A DNA stretch of 53,270 bases, counting the filler, from Jimgerdemannia flammicorona (taxonomy: Eukaryota), in the NCBI GenBank assembly GCA_003990765.1. It is 3 parts of 3 records of this genome, joined end to end, with 100 filler letters (N's around TTAATTAATTAA, not from the genome) between each part and the next. Parts side by side here need not be neighbours in the genome. Positions count along the whole stretch, not along the records: positions 1 to 17,693 come from RBNJ01002449.1; positions 17,794 to 35,483 come from RBNJ01002450.1; 1 more part is not named here. One strand, written 5' to 3'. The notes below the pieces were generated by a model, which made no database searches, was not told the origin of the DNA, and saw only the letters and a program-made list of their open reading frames with translations. Shown here in pieces: positions 11,943 through 24,579 of this stretch; the stretch's first letter is position 1, and each line of letters starts with the position of its first letter. The translations under genes and the position numbers were made by a program.

Positions 11943-14587
11943 AAAAAAAATCAAAACAAAAACACTGCTATCTATAATATTATATTCTCTATGATTTAAA
12001 GTATAAACTAAGGCAAGCAGTCGGAGAGTGATTAGTATTAGTAGTATAAATTTTTAGCGAAATTTGACATACTTTACAAAATAAGTAAGCATGGGAGATC
12101 TAGCTAGATATAATAAATTAATAATTTAAACTATTTTAAATTGAATAATATTTCAAATTAAAACAAAGCATTATCATCATCATCATTAAAAATAAATCAA
12201 AAATATTAGATATTTGTATTTAATAATTATAAGCTTATTAATAAATATGATAATATTAAATTGTAAATATTATAATTTTTAAGATTTATAAAAGAAATCT
12301 TATATTTATAATATATTAATATAATATATAATTTCAATTTTTATATAATGTATGTTTAAATTTAAATTTTATATTTTAAAATTATGTAAGAAAAATATAT
12401 TTAGATAATATTAAAAATAATTCAAACTTCAAGTTTATATTTTTATATGATTTATTTATTATATAATTTAAAAGTTAATTTAATTAAAATACGGAATATA
12501 TATCATTTCTATTTTTAAATCATATAGATGTCTTAAAGAATATATATACTAAAACATATATCATTATTAAACTCTTACCTCAAATATAAAGTAATTTATT
12601 TCAAAAGTTAGACTGTTGAGCTATTGACTCTTGAAAATAATACAGGTAGAATAGTCATAAAAGGTTTGAAATATTTTTACAAACAATTAAAAGAAAAAGA
12701 AAAAAACCTGAAAATTGTTACAGTTGAATACTTATAACTTATCGGAAGGAAAATTTTCCAGGGTTGTATGAAGAACCAGATGACCGGCGCCACCGACATT
12801 GTTTTCTACAATGGAATGGGAGGCGCGCCAAAGGGTGGCGCCGAAAACGCCACCGAAAAGAGCAGACGGCGGAAGCGGGAAACGAAACGGGAGGCGGATT
12901 GGCGACGCAGAAGCGGCAACGAGAAAGGGAATGCGAGCAAAATAGAGTTGGCGGAACCACCCATGTCGCAGCGCGTCGCAGCACGACAGAAGGCGGGCGG
13001 TCGGTTGAAAACGGGGGTGGGTATACCTATCCTGTTGGCAGCAGAATAATCTGCGCTACGGCTGCCGAGGAGGTATATACAAAATTAGCTACGTCACATA
13101 TGCAAGTGTTCCGTAGAAAGTGGAAATTTATCTGTGCGCAAAAGAAGAAAGAAAAACTTCCACGGAAACAAATCACACACCAACGATTTTCATTCCACGT
13201 AACGCACAAGCGTAACGCTCCTTGAAATAAAATATGCGTGACGTCAAATTAGTACGACAAGAATATGGAGAATAAAATTAAAATTAAAAGTAATAGAGAA
13301 ATATCAGATCCGTTGGCTGTGGTCGGAGATTTTTGTGTCTCCCACCTTCAGCCAATTCGGCCGAGAGTCTACTTTTCGGGCTTCCGCGTCCGGGTTACTG
13401 CGGTGTTTATTATAAGTGTTAGTGTTGATTGTTTACATAGAATACGACTGAGTTGGAAATTTTTTTCGCCAAATAGAACATCGGCTCATCCAGCAAACCC
13501 TTATCTTCGACACATCGCATAATGGAAATATTGTGGGGACGCTTCTTCAGAAATATTTATGGCGCAGCAGGCATGTCGCAGCACAGCGCAGCGTTCCCAG
13601 AAGGACGACCTATTTTGACAGGACGCATCGGGCCGAATGTTCCTGAAGGACCTGCGAGCGGCGCAGCGGTGGCAATATTGTGGGGTGTTATCATTCGTCG
13701 TTGGAACAGGCGGTTTCGACCAAAACGGAAATTATTTCTGCACGTGGCGACATTTGCACCTGTTAATAGAAGACAAAGGGCGTACGAGATTTTTTCGCGT
13801 GCGACGGTGTTAACGGGCCGTTTCCGCAGTACGACGGACGGGAAAAATAGTGTGCGGTTTCCATGGTGTTAATTTGAGTCGAACCACTTCCTGATGGGGC
13901 AAATGACGGTCGAAGAAACAGTAGGCCGAAACCGTGTATTCTTTTCCCACCAGGGCAAAACCAGCCACGACCAAAAGGGGTCCGCCAACAAACAGCAGCC
14001 CACGGCTATGTTGACCTCCATTGTGGACACCCCCTGGCTTGAACTTGGGATATCCGGCAGGGCGCTGGGTCAAATGTATTGACGGGCAGCCGGTGTTTAT
14101 CGACACCGGGACCACGATCCAAACCGCGCGGGAACCGCCTTACGCGTCGGTGGGAAATTCTTATCAGGGGCTCAGGATCTGGTGGCTTGGCATGCACAGA
14201 TGGCCAGATGGGCACGCAGAATGGGTTTCCACCCTTTGACGATGAAGTCATAGCTGATGCTTGGATGATGCCCAGCGCCGTTTCGGCGCCTAGAGATTGG
14301 CGATGGCTCGAGATGGCGATTGCGTCGCTAGCCGGATTTGCCCCTTACGGCGCATTGTCCGCGATTTCTGTGCCCGCGATGGGCAAGGCTAGCATTGCGA
14401 TTTTTCAGATTTTTCAGGCACAGATGGTGTCACCGCGGATGTCAGTCACGCATCTGGACTGCGGCGAGGTAAATGCATATAAGAGCCCTTAAACATCCCC
14501 TTCGTCTGTTTTTTCGTTAACGAGTAGAAACCAGGCAACGAGCAATCAAATCAAATCACAAATTCGACCTACAACAATCAACTCGCC

Positions 14588-15253
14588 ATGGAAGATTACA
14601 CCCAGACGCACCTAATGACCCTCCTCTCCATCCAAGAGGAAGACACCACCACCATTGTTCCTACTCTCGCCAAGGAGCACACCAAACCCCGTCACACTTC
14701 ATTCTTCGCTTCCTTCGCATTCCGCCGTTGCAATATGCCCCAGCCCCTGAACATCGTACCGGGCCCGAAATCGACCCCGACCCCGACCCCGACCCGCAGC
14801 CGCTCGACCTTGACCTCTCTGAGCCGTCGCAAATCCCTTCTGGTGCGCAGCCCATCGAGCAGCTCGGACACAACTCCCTGCCTCTCGGCTTCCTCATCCA
14901 TCACCTCGAACGGCAGTTCGTCCTCGCCCTCTTCCTCAACTAGCACGCGCCGCCGCCGCTCGATGGCGGGTGCGCATGTGGAACGGTTCTCGGTGCATCT
15001 TTCTCCAGAGCCCATGCCATCTGCCTCGCGGACTCCTTCACTCACGAGCAACAGCAGTGAGCCCGACTCAACGCCTCAAACACCCACGTATGCGGGCAGC
15101 GAAGGCGAGGCCCCGGTCTCACCCAGCCTGTATAGCGCGAACGGGTACTCTAACTTCTACCTCCGTCTGCCGAACGGGAAGTGGATGCTGAGGTACCGGA
15201 CCGGGGATCGCGAGATCCTCGGCACGGAGGAGGTCGACATGTGCTTGATCTAA
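14588..15253 (+). CDS. Hypothetical Ser/Thr/Pro-rich protein (221 aa, single exon) with a short structured C-terminus
   Basis: Intact ATG-TAA ORF, GC3-rich codon usage like the other genes, GCCATGG start context, TATAAG ~110 bp upstream, A/C-rich 5' leader. Confidence 0.75.
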   Translation: MEDYTQTHLMTLLSIQEEDTTTIVPTLAKEHTKPRHTSFFASFAFRRCNMPQPLNIVPGPKSTPTPTPTRSRSTLTSLSRRKSLLVRSPSSSSDTTPCLSASSSITSNGSSSSPSSSTSTRRRRSMAGAHVERFSVHLSPEPMPSASRTPSLTSNSSEPDSTPQTPTYAGSEGEAPVSPSLYSANGYSNFYLRLPNGKWMLRYRTGDREILGTEEVDMCLI

Positions 15254-16389
15254 ACAGACATTCATTCATTAATCCCTTTTGTGGCCATATACGCGCACAC
15301 CCAAAAAGAAAAAAAATGTTCCGTACCGCCTTCGTGCACATGAGCTCTATTATTACCTCTTGTATAACTATCAACCTGTACATAATCGTCTATGCCAACT
15401 ATGGTTTTTTTTTTTCTTTTTTCTTTCTATCACCCTAGCCACGTCAATCATTGTACAGTATGTTCGAACTCTTCTTTTGCGTTTTTGCATGACGCTACCC
15501 GTGTATATATCAATTAACAAACGAGATAGTAATATACAAATATCCTGTCGTTCCGCAAAAATTGGACCAGGGTCAAGCGATGTTCACACATGGGTTGTGC
15601 ATTTTTGGGGTGTGTTTCCCGAAGAGAACCACACAAATATGGGGGCTGAGGATAGAAAACACACTTATTAGCCCGAAATCCGGGGCGACCCCTGCCCCGT
15701 GCGCGAGGAAGGCGGGGTGTGGCCATCCCATCCAGCTCTATTGGGTGGGTGTTTTACCCGAAACGAAAAGTGATCCGACAAATAATTATCTATCTTTACG
15801 CTGAGCCACCAGTGGGACGGGCCGACTTTATTGGGTGGGAGTGGTTTACCCGGAACGAAACGTGATCCGACGAATAATATCTTTGCCAGTGGGGCGGGCC
15901 GAATGTGGCGGGCCAAGACGATTATTAAGCAGCGCGTGTGGGGTGAACGTTACACCGCCCGTTGATTTCATTTCACACGTCAAAACAAAAGGTTAAAAAA
16001 AAAACTGCCACTGTCATCGGCGGGCCGCGTCATGTTCAGTGACATTCGCCTCTCTTCTATCTTTCTCCAATATTCCATGTGAGCTGTTTCCCAACCGCAA
16101 CCCCTAATGACATCGAACCCCGCCATCCGCACTCCGCTCCCAATCACATGCAAATGACCAGCCATTCATATTGCGCCATCTAGGACCTGAGGGATCGTCT
16201 TGGCCACATTACTTGGGAGAAACGCCCACGACGTCACAATAGTTCGCTAAGTCACAGACCCAGGTGGTTGGTACATATAACTCAAATCGTACTGGCTCAC
16301 GGAACCCAAGCCCGCAAGATACAATAAATGAAAAGAAAGATAATATAATTACAATAATAATAATAATAATAATACAAAAACTCAAGGGT

Positions 16390-17624
16390 GATAGGCATCA
16401 AGAATTGGCTCAATTGATCTGTACATGCTGAAGAAATTCAACTGTCTTTACTCTGCCAAAATGAATCACAAAATCTCTCTGTTATCTCATTCATTTCCAA
16501 CTACAAATTCTCAGCCTCTCTCTGCTCCTTGGTCTCAAATTCATAAATTTCAACTACTTCATGATACTCATATACTGAATATCCAGCCTCAGCAAATATA
16601 TCTTGAAAACCTTGCCAGATATGCTCTGTGAGTAGCTTTGTTGTCCTGTAAAAATGTTCATGAAAAATATATCAACATGGTATCAAATAGTATATATAAA
16701 ATTGACAATATTAATTAATCCTAATGAGGCTTTTTCTTTCTCAATTCTTTTCAGTATAAAGAGGACCTCATCAGCAAGTAGTCATTGAAGGGAATAGGGG
16801 AATTTGTGGATTTCAGCAAGAACAGTATCATTGATAGCAGCAACAGAAAGCTTACAAGTACAAAATTGCAATTCTGCTCATTGTGTATCCTGGCTCTTTT
16901 TATTTATTTTATTTTTTTTATTTTATTTTATAGACCTGAAGTTCTGAGAATTTTATTAGAAGAGAATCTAGACTATATAGACCAAAACTCATCTCTATCA
17001 CCCCCTGAGTACTATACTCTCATTAAACTTAGACTAGCTATTGTCCAGCAGCTTGACCATATTAGATATAGTAGGGTAAAGTTGCCTATATCTCATTCTA
17101 TATACTATACTCTTTCTACCACCAGAGAGAAATAAACATATACTTTAGGCATACACCCAAAACTCCAATATATATATAAGATCATATCTAAGCTGATTCA
17201 TATAGCTCACACTACCCTAAGAAGAGTGATAGATAAAGAAAAAACTCCTCACAAAGTACAGAATAGTGAGTAGAACCTAGTTCTTCCCAATGAGATAAGT
17301 AGAGAACTTATACATGGAGTGAGAGAAGACCCTCAATACCCACTACTCAAGCCTGCAGGCCTCAATCATATTATCATATCAGCTCTCAGTTCTAGTTGAG
17401 TATAGCTAAGATACCTGATCTAGATAACCTTAGACCTTCAACTACTCCTAATAACTAGAGCCCAATCTCATGAATTGTTAAAAGTAGTCAAGAGTAATAC
17501 CTACTATCTAACTACCCCATATTAATCAAAAGACTCTACTGATATAATATCTGCTCTAGTTCTAATAACTGTTCTCAGTCTGGTATCCTACTAGTCTATC
17601 ATAATCACTCTTCCTCCTATCTGT

Positions 17625-17625
<1 letters not shown>
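16390..17625. mobile_element. Degenerate transposon-derived sequence (possibly includes a MULE-like transposase C-terminal fragment on the minus strand)
   Basis: CpG-depleted and stop-rich. Minus strand ~16545-16615 reads 'QGFQDIFAEAGYSVYEYHEVVE'. Family assignment is tentative. Confidence 0.3.
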
Positions 17626-17693
<68 letters not shown>

Positions 17694-17793
17694 NNNNNNN
17701 NNNNNNNNNNNNNNNNNNNNNNNNNNNNNNNNNNNNNTTAATTAATTAANNNNNNNNNNNNNNNNNNNNNNNNNNNNNNNNNNNNNNNNNNNN
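17694..17793. other. Artificial contig-join linker (N44-TTAATTAATTAA-N44)
   Basis: 100-bp spacer with stops in all six frames, flanked by homopolymer contig ends. Confidence 0.97.
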
Positions 17794-17858
<65 letters not shown>

Positions 17859-17859
17859 C

Positions 17860-19386
17860 TTCTGGTTCAAGAGCTGCTTATAATAGTCGTTGGTGAAGAG
17901 CGTTGGCGACGGGGTCCAGGGGCCATCAAAGCCAGAACGGTCGGTATGGCAGCGGCCAAGAGCGTGGGCGCCGGCGAGGGCGACAATTTCTTGGTCATTG
18001 AAACCCTGTTATGTGAAAGAGATAGTGTTTAGAAGGAGGGTGCGAGGATGTCAGTCAAATGGCAGAGATCAAACGAAAGTAATGAGTTTGAGTTGTCAAA
18101 TTTAAGATGGAAAATATATCGTCGGGAAGAGAAATGAAAGGGGGAGGAGTGGGTGGAAGGTTGCTCCCATCTTGGACGTAAAACAACTTATTCCCACGCA
18201 CAGAAACGGACACTCTTCAAGGGAATCGAAGGGGAAGCACATTTGCTTGCGAAAGTCAAAAAGGGAACAAAATATTCAAAAACTTACCATGCGGTAGAAG
18301 ATGTTGCGGATATGGTCTGAGATAGGTAGATAACAAAAAGGAAATGGTCATTTCTCACATTCGCTCGCTCGACAAGAACAACAAAAAAAAAAATACTCGT
18401 GATCTATCGCAACCGTAATGCGACCCGGATTCTCGCATCACATACCCTGGCCCTGAGCGGCATCGGGAAGGCGACCATCGGGAGGGCAGTCGGTACTAGA
18501 TAGTTTGTCAACACGGCCCGCGCGCCACGGGACGGTCGGACCGCCCTGGTTATAGGAAGGGACGAAACATTTATGAGACGGAGAGGTTATGGTGTCGTTT
18601 AAAGAGCGCATCATTGGAAGCCTGTCCAGGCCGTTTGAGCCTTCTGCCGCAATTCCTCGCCAAATGGTAAGGTGCTTTGCCATGCTCGCCATCGTGGCGA
18701 GACGATTCAAATGATTTCATCATTTCCATTCTTTCACATTCATCTAGCTATGTATCCCCTGTTTTTCACGTTATAATAAGTAAGGAAGAGATACTCACAG
18801 CCTCCTGAACGGCGACTACACCAGCAAGAGTCCATAGATCACTGTATGAGATGTCGGGGAAGCGCTTCTTGATCTTTTCCAAAACATCTCTGGCGTGGGC
18901 CAGACCAGCATTGGCGCCGTGCGCTCCTTCGGGGTCGAACCTCATGGTCGCGCCATTGGAGCCGCCGGTGCCGTCCGTCTTGTCGTACGTGCCAGAGGCG
19001 TGCCAAGCGAGACGGATCAAGATGGGACCGTAGGAACCGTCGTCGTAGTCGGAATCCTCGTCGAGGATGTCGGCGATAGCCTTGTAGACCTCGTTGTAGT
19101 CAAGGGGCTTCTTCTCCTCCTTCTTGAGGGCGACGACAGGCTTAGCCGGGGTGGAGGAGCTGTAGAAGTAATAGCCGGCGGAAGCGCCGAGAAGGCCAAC
19201 ACCCCACCACAGGGCAGTGGAAGAGCCAGAGGATTTTACGGGTTCTGTGGAATAGGCGCGGGTGGAATTGAGGAAGTGGGGGGGGACGCGGGCGCGGGCG
19301 GCGGGGACGGCCACGGCGGAAGCCAGCAGGAGGGAACGTGTCTGTACGGCACGCGAAGAGGTAGCGCGGAAGAGGGTCGAGGACAT
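17860..19386 (-). CDS. CCP1: Mitochondrial cytochrome c peroxidase (class I heme peroxidase), 3' end truncated by contig edge
   Basis: Exons 19386-18799, 18545-18446, 18316-18288, 18005-~17860. Arg/Ser/Ala-rich presequence plus hydrophobic segment; '[19 protein letters not shown]' (distal R/W/H), '[13 protein letters not shown]', '[20 protein letters not shown]' (proximal His), 'GPWT'. Confidence 0.95.
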
Positions 19387-20163
19387 GGCTAGGAGTGTGG
19401 AAGAGAGAGACGAGAGGGTGGTGGATATGTCATGCAGGGTATAAAGTTGTCCCCCGGATCCAATCGGGTTACCCAATCAAGGAAATCAAGGAATAGCAGA
19501 ACTCTCTCTCTTGTCATCGCGTTCAACCCTATGCTCTAGCAACACCAGCAGCAACAACACCAGCAGCCAGCAGCCGCAGCAGCAGCAACCCCCCCCCAAC
19601 GCGTTTTGACGCCAACGCGTCTTTGTAGTTATGGTGATATGTTGGTTCGTCCTTGTAAATCATTATTTGTCATCAACGCCGCGGTTCCCACACTAGCACC
19701 GTGACGAACCCATTGACGAACAGTCACACACACAAATAATCCCCCAACTCCTTTGCTTCCATCTTGTCGAACCTGATTTGCTATATTTCAATTAACAATA
19801 AGAAATGTAACACCTGATCTTGCGGTTCGACCAACGAGTACATGAACGAAGCATGACTTAACGCCAGACCGCACCCAATCCTGTGTCTTTTTATAATTCC
19901 TCTTCCATTTCGTTACGGCCTAGTGCGTCCTTGATAACAGCCGAAGCGTTATCTCACCGTAGGTGCTTTTATAGAAATGTGTAAAAATTGCGTTGTTAAG
20001 GAGAAAAATTGCACCGGAACCTACGTGACGCAGTATAAAAGGAACCGACACTAGAGAGAAATATGGGACCTTGGTGTTTTATGAGACGGCGGAAATTTTT
20101 TCAGATGTTGACTGGTCAGATCGTGCTACGTGTTTCCCAATTGCATATTTTATTGTTAAAGTA

Positions 20164-20405
20164 ATGAAAATACCACAACTGATCACAGCTCAGACCATAA
20201 AGGTCCCTGAAGGTGGTGAGTAAGACCGGGCCTTAGGTCAACAGCATCCCGCAGTGCTTCCAGTGGAGGCACGCGGAAGAGTTTTATGAAGGTCATATTC
20301 AAATCATTCATCATCGACTGTTATAGTTGTGGTAAAGGGCTTCCTCCCTGAAAATCTGTGACCCGATGCCATGTTGATGTGGAGCAGCACAACATTGTGG
20401 GAGTG
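20164..20405 (+). pseudogene. Possible 60S ribosomal protein L9 (uL6) N-terminal remnant
   Basis: ATG exon 'MKIPQLITAQTIKVPEG', GTGAGT donor at 20216, TTATAG acceptor ending 20326, then 'VVVKG' and a frameshifted 'VTRCHVDVE'. Resembles the RPL9 N-terminus. RRPE-like AAATTTTTTCA at ~20093-20103. Confidence 0.4.
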
Positions 20406-20464
20406 TGACTGCCATTCCGCGACATTTTTTCTTGTTCAAAGAGTTGGTGGCTTGGATCAACGAG

Positions 20465-21283
20465 ATGGATCATTCCGACTTTGACCTCTTCTCCGACCTC
20501 ACCCCCTCCGAAACAGCTCTCCTCGCCGCCTACTCTGCCCGCATCACCAACCGCCGCGCTGACCTTCTCTCCACCTATCCGTCTACCCCTGCTGCCCGTA
20601 CGACCGCCCAGAACCGTCACGTTTTCTTGACGCAACGAGTCATCGACTCGTCCCTGCAACAGCCCGTTGTGATCCCCTCGGTCTGGTCTCAAGACGAATG
20701 CCGCACCATCCTCTCAGCCATCCTGGAGTACACTAACAGCGCCGGCGCCTGGTCTACTCAACGTCACTCCGCCTTTCCCACCACCGACATCCCCGTACAA
20801 TCGGTTCCCCAAATCTCCGAATTTGTCCATTCCACGCTGCGTACGCGCCTTCTGACCTCCGTCATCTCTCCTCGCTATGGTTTCCACCCATCCGGCCGCG
20901 ACCTCGCGTTCCGCGACCTGTTTTTTGTGCGGTACTCGGCGCTCGACCCTGACTCGCAGCGGTCGTTGGGCGCGCACTCGGACGGGTGCCTGGTGTCGTT
21001 CAATGTGTTGCTAAACGGCGAGAACGAGTTCGAGGGCGGGGGGACGTTGTTCGTGAAGACGGGCCAGACGGTCCGGATTCGAAAGGGGGACGCGGTTGTT
21101 CATGATGCGACGAGTCTGCATGCTGGGGTGGAAATAACGAAGGGGGTGAGGTACATATGCGTGGGGTTTGTGGACACCGTGGATACGGTACGGAATGACG
21201 AGAGAATGAAGAGGGATGCAGGAATCGCCGGTACGAAGGCGCGGGGTGGGAGAGAGATGAGAATGATGCCAGCAGCGAGTTAA
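20465..21283 (+). CDS. 2-oxoglutarate/Fe(II)-dependent oxygenase (PLOD C-terminal / prolyl-4-hydroxylase-like), intronless
   Basis: 'RHSAFPTTDIPV', 'FFVRY..QRSLGAHSD' (HxD), 'NVLLN..EFEGGGTLF', 'HAGVEITKGVRYICVGF' (distal His and 2OG-binding Arg). First in-frame ATG at 20465. Confidence 0.9.
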   Translation: MDHSDFDLFSDLTPSETALLAAYSARITNRRADLLSTYPSTPAARTTAQNRHVFLTQRVIDSSLQQPVVIPSVWSQDECRTILSAILEYTNSAGAWSTQRHSAFPTTDIPVQSVPQISEFVHSTLRTRLLTSVISPRYGFHPSGRDLAFRDLFFVRYSALDPDSQRSLGAHSDGCLVSFNVLLNGENEFEGGGTLFVKTGQTVRIRKGDAVVHDATSLHAGVEITKGVRYICVGFVDTVDTVRNDERMKRDAGIAGTKARGGREMRMMPAAS

Positions 21284-21777
21284 TATGTCCGCAGATAAGT
21301 TTTGGCTTCGATCTCCGGTATCATGAATGGAGAGTTCTTGATTTGAGTGAAGGCCGTAGGGATATTCCGCGCAGAAACTGGATAAGTGATGTGAATTTGT
21401 CGGGATGCTGGATGAGGCACCATTGCTGCGTAGGATGCGGGTGAGCTGGATACGTTCTATACGGGAATAGATGCCATATCAAAAGTACACATGTCACTGA
21501 CTTTTCTTTATTACCAACACTCGGCAAACAGTCATATCATTTACTGCTAAAATAAAGAGGGACTATCCATATTACAACAGCATGTCGCTCATTGCACACA
21601 GGCATTAACGAGATACAGAGGTCAATGTACTCAGAAATGATTAGCATAAGTGGTGACGGTGAATGGGCTCGGCCCAGTGTGTTTTTTGGGGTTTGCGCTT
21701 CCGCGATGACGTCACCAGGCAAACAACCCAGAACAAGGGAGCCACCGTGCCTGATTGCCCCCCAGTTGTTCGAATCC

Positions 21778-23197
21778 ATGGCCGAATTTACCGTCTGTTC
21801 CTCCAACGCACTCGTCATAGACCAGTCCATTCTGTGGGGATGGCTGCTTGGTTTGTCCGTCGACCAGATGGTTGGCTATCGGCAGCCGCGGACGCAAACC
21901 CCCGTTTCGAACAAGGTCCTGAAAAGTTATGTCCTGACGCAATACCGCAACTTTGAGCTCCTCGAGCACTGTCTCCACGAACCTCGCTATTTCTACGAGC
22001 AGCAGTACCTGTTCCCACTGTCCCCGCAAGCCAAGAAGCTGTTAGTCGAGAGGTTGGTCGTTGGTCTGCTATCCGGTTTACAAAAATGACGATGCTAGTC
22101 ACAGAGCGCTCATTATTTGCTCCACCAAGGTACTATGGTTTCGACGAACCCGTGATGCGCGAGCTGCTCGGCAAGAAATTGAGCGCGCGCGCGCGCAAGG
22201 ATCTGGACGAGGTGAGCGAGAAGACCAAAATTCATCTGGGCAGCTGTCGCCGTCAGGTACGACTCTTTTTCCTATCGGGTAGCCTACGGAAAGCTGATTG
22301 ACGACGGAAAAAGGTTTCCGTGGATCTTTTACTCATGTATTCCATAATCACAGTTTGACAACCTGAAATGGATATTGAAGCAAGTAGAAGATTCGGAAAA
22401 TCGTCCCATCATCGAGGAGATTCAAAACTACTTTATGCTTTCCAAAGACCACGCTAGGTAGATGCATTGCCTCTTTGAAGTGGCCGAACTTCATGTCCGT
22501 GAAATGCTCAACCGTTTACAAATGCAACTAACACCCCCTTTTGTGCCTTTTTTTTTTTAGTAAATACGCCCACATCATCTTCATCACCAACAATCGCCTG
22601 GACACCTCCAAACGCAAGCTCGCGCACTTTACCTTCGAGGACTTCGAGTACTGTGGGGCGGTCTTCATGTCTCTCTGGACCTCGAGCACGACGGCAACTC
22701 TCCCCGAGTTCGACACGGCGATGGCATCCGATCTGCGGGACCTGAAGGCAATCCTGCTAAACGAGAAGACGATGTTTGAGTCGTACCGTACGCTGGTGAC
22801 ACAGCAAGCGCAGCGGACGGTGCCCACAGCGACGTTGGAGTGCCTGCAGATGCAATTCAAGACGATTCTGCGTAACGTGCTGACCATCGGGTCGGGTCTG
22901 TCGTCGTCCAAGGAGGTGCGCGATCTCTTCATCGACCTGGTTGAGAAGGTGTGCGAGCCGCTCACAGGAACCGGATGCTCCGCCGCCGAAGTCGGCGTCT
23001 TGTTCGACACCATGATCGAGCAGTTTGCGAACGTGGTTGGTATGACGCAGATGAGACATCTGAAACGGTATGAGGGGTCGCTGGAAAGGCTGTTGAAGGG
23101 GGTCAAATTGGCTGGGATGAAGTTGTATCGTGTTTTCGGCCATACAAGGACGCTTTCCAAGAACCTGGCTATAGTCATTGGGGCGGGTCAATCATGA
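21778..23197 (+). CDS. FIBP: Acidic fibroblast growth factor intracellular-binding protein homolog
   Basis: Exons 21778-22052, 22130-22256, 22354-22457, 22561-23197 with GT-AG introns. Motifs '[43 protein letters not shown]', '[11 protein letters not shown]', '[18 protein letters not shown]'. Confidence 0.9.
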
Positions 23198-23511
23198 TTG
23201 TGTCATCATGATCCATCGTTTTTAGCACACAAAGACAATTCGTTAGTATTTTGAGAGCTTTGGAACGAAGCCAAGTAACTATGTTGACGGGTCGGCGCGG
23301 ACAATTAATAGAATTTTATAAAGGTATAAGTCGTGTTCGGAGCTCGTCGCTTGCTTTTCTATTTTGTTCAAAGATTATGATCGTAAAGATGATGGATGAC
23401 ACCTTGCCATCCCAGATATACAACATTTCTACCAGTTATTCTGCCATCCATGCACGAATATTGTCCTTCGCCATGACTCCCCACGCCGTCTACGACAAAC
23501 ATTCACCTTCT

Positions 23512-24548
23512 TTACATCTTCGCCGAATGGATCCTCAACTGACAATCCTCCCCTCCGCTCAAGATCCTCTCGCCCTCCCAATCCACCGTAAACACCTTCT
23601 TTGTCGCCTCCCCTTTCGCCACTAGCGGCGCTGCAATCGTGTAGACCGGAGCCTTGCTCCTGATGTCCCACAGTTTACACGTCCCGTCATACGAACCGGA
23701 CACGAGCATGTAGGCCGACGTGGGCGACCAGCTCACGGTAGGAACCCACAGCGTGTGGGAGATGAGGGTGAGTTTGACGACAGTGACGTCTGAAATTTGG
23801 GTAAGGAAGGAATGGATGAGATCAAACCGTACAATTGCCAGACATCAGAAAAAGAGAGGAAAAAATAAAATAAAATAAAGCAAGCATGGAAAGCATACCG
23901 TCGGCACGCGGGTCCCACAATCGCACGGTCTTGTCGGCATGCCCCGATGCGAGGAGTTTTGAGTGAGGGGAGTGGGCGATGCCGTAAACCACCTTCTCGC
24001 AGTTCTGGATACGGTTGGTATTCACGTCATGATTTGTCACTATGTTTTGTAAAACATTCAAAAACAATTATCAATCAACGAACCCACAGTAATACTTACC
24101 TTGGTGGACACATTCACTCTCTGTTCCACATCCCATATGCGCACCGAATGGTCCCATCCGCCCGAATACAGCGCGTTCGCGTCCTGGGAATCAAACACGA
24201 CCGATGATACAGGCCCTACGTGGCCCTCCAGCGTCGACGCGGCGGACTTTGACTTGCGGTCGTCGGTCTTGTGTGTCTTGCGCCGTTTGTGGCGGGCGTC
24301 TTCAACGTAGTCAGTTTCGTCTTCCGTGGGAATGCTAGACGTCCATATTTTGATGGTCGAATCCCAGGAAGCTGTGGCGAACTGTTGAAAAAAAGATTAG
24401 TGGGAGATTGCCACGGAGAAAAGGTGTATGGTGGTTGCGATGTGGACTTACGTGCTGCTTGGAGGGGTCGACGGCAACCGACTCGACAGATGCCTTGTGT
24501 CCCTTGCACTCGTAGAGGACGGTCTGATCGTCCGACGAAAAGGAGTAC

Positions 24549-24579
<31 letters not shown>

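Noticed and set aside
12739..13225. Overlapping Arg-rich ORFs (153, 93, 81 aa)
   Set aside because: Expected by chance in GC-rich DNA; no motifs or splice structure.
14021..14239. 'PVFIDTGT' as an aspartic-protease active site
   Set aside because: Short ORF with a non-ATG start, no downstream (I/L)LG motif and no retroelement context.
17738..17749. TTAATTAATTAA as a biological motif (e.g. piggyBac site)
   Set aside because: Embedded in fixed-length N runs and repeated identically at 35528-35539; it is an assembly linker.
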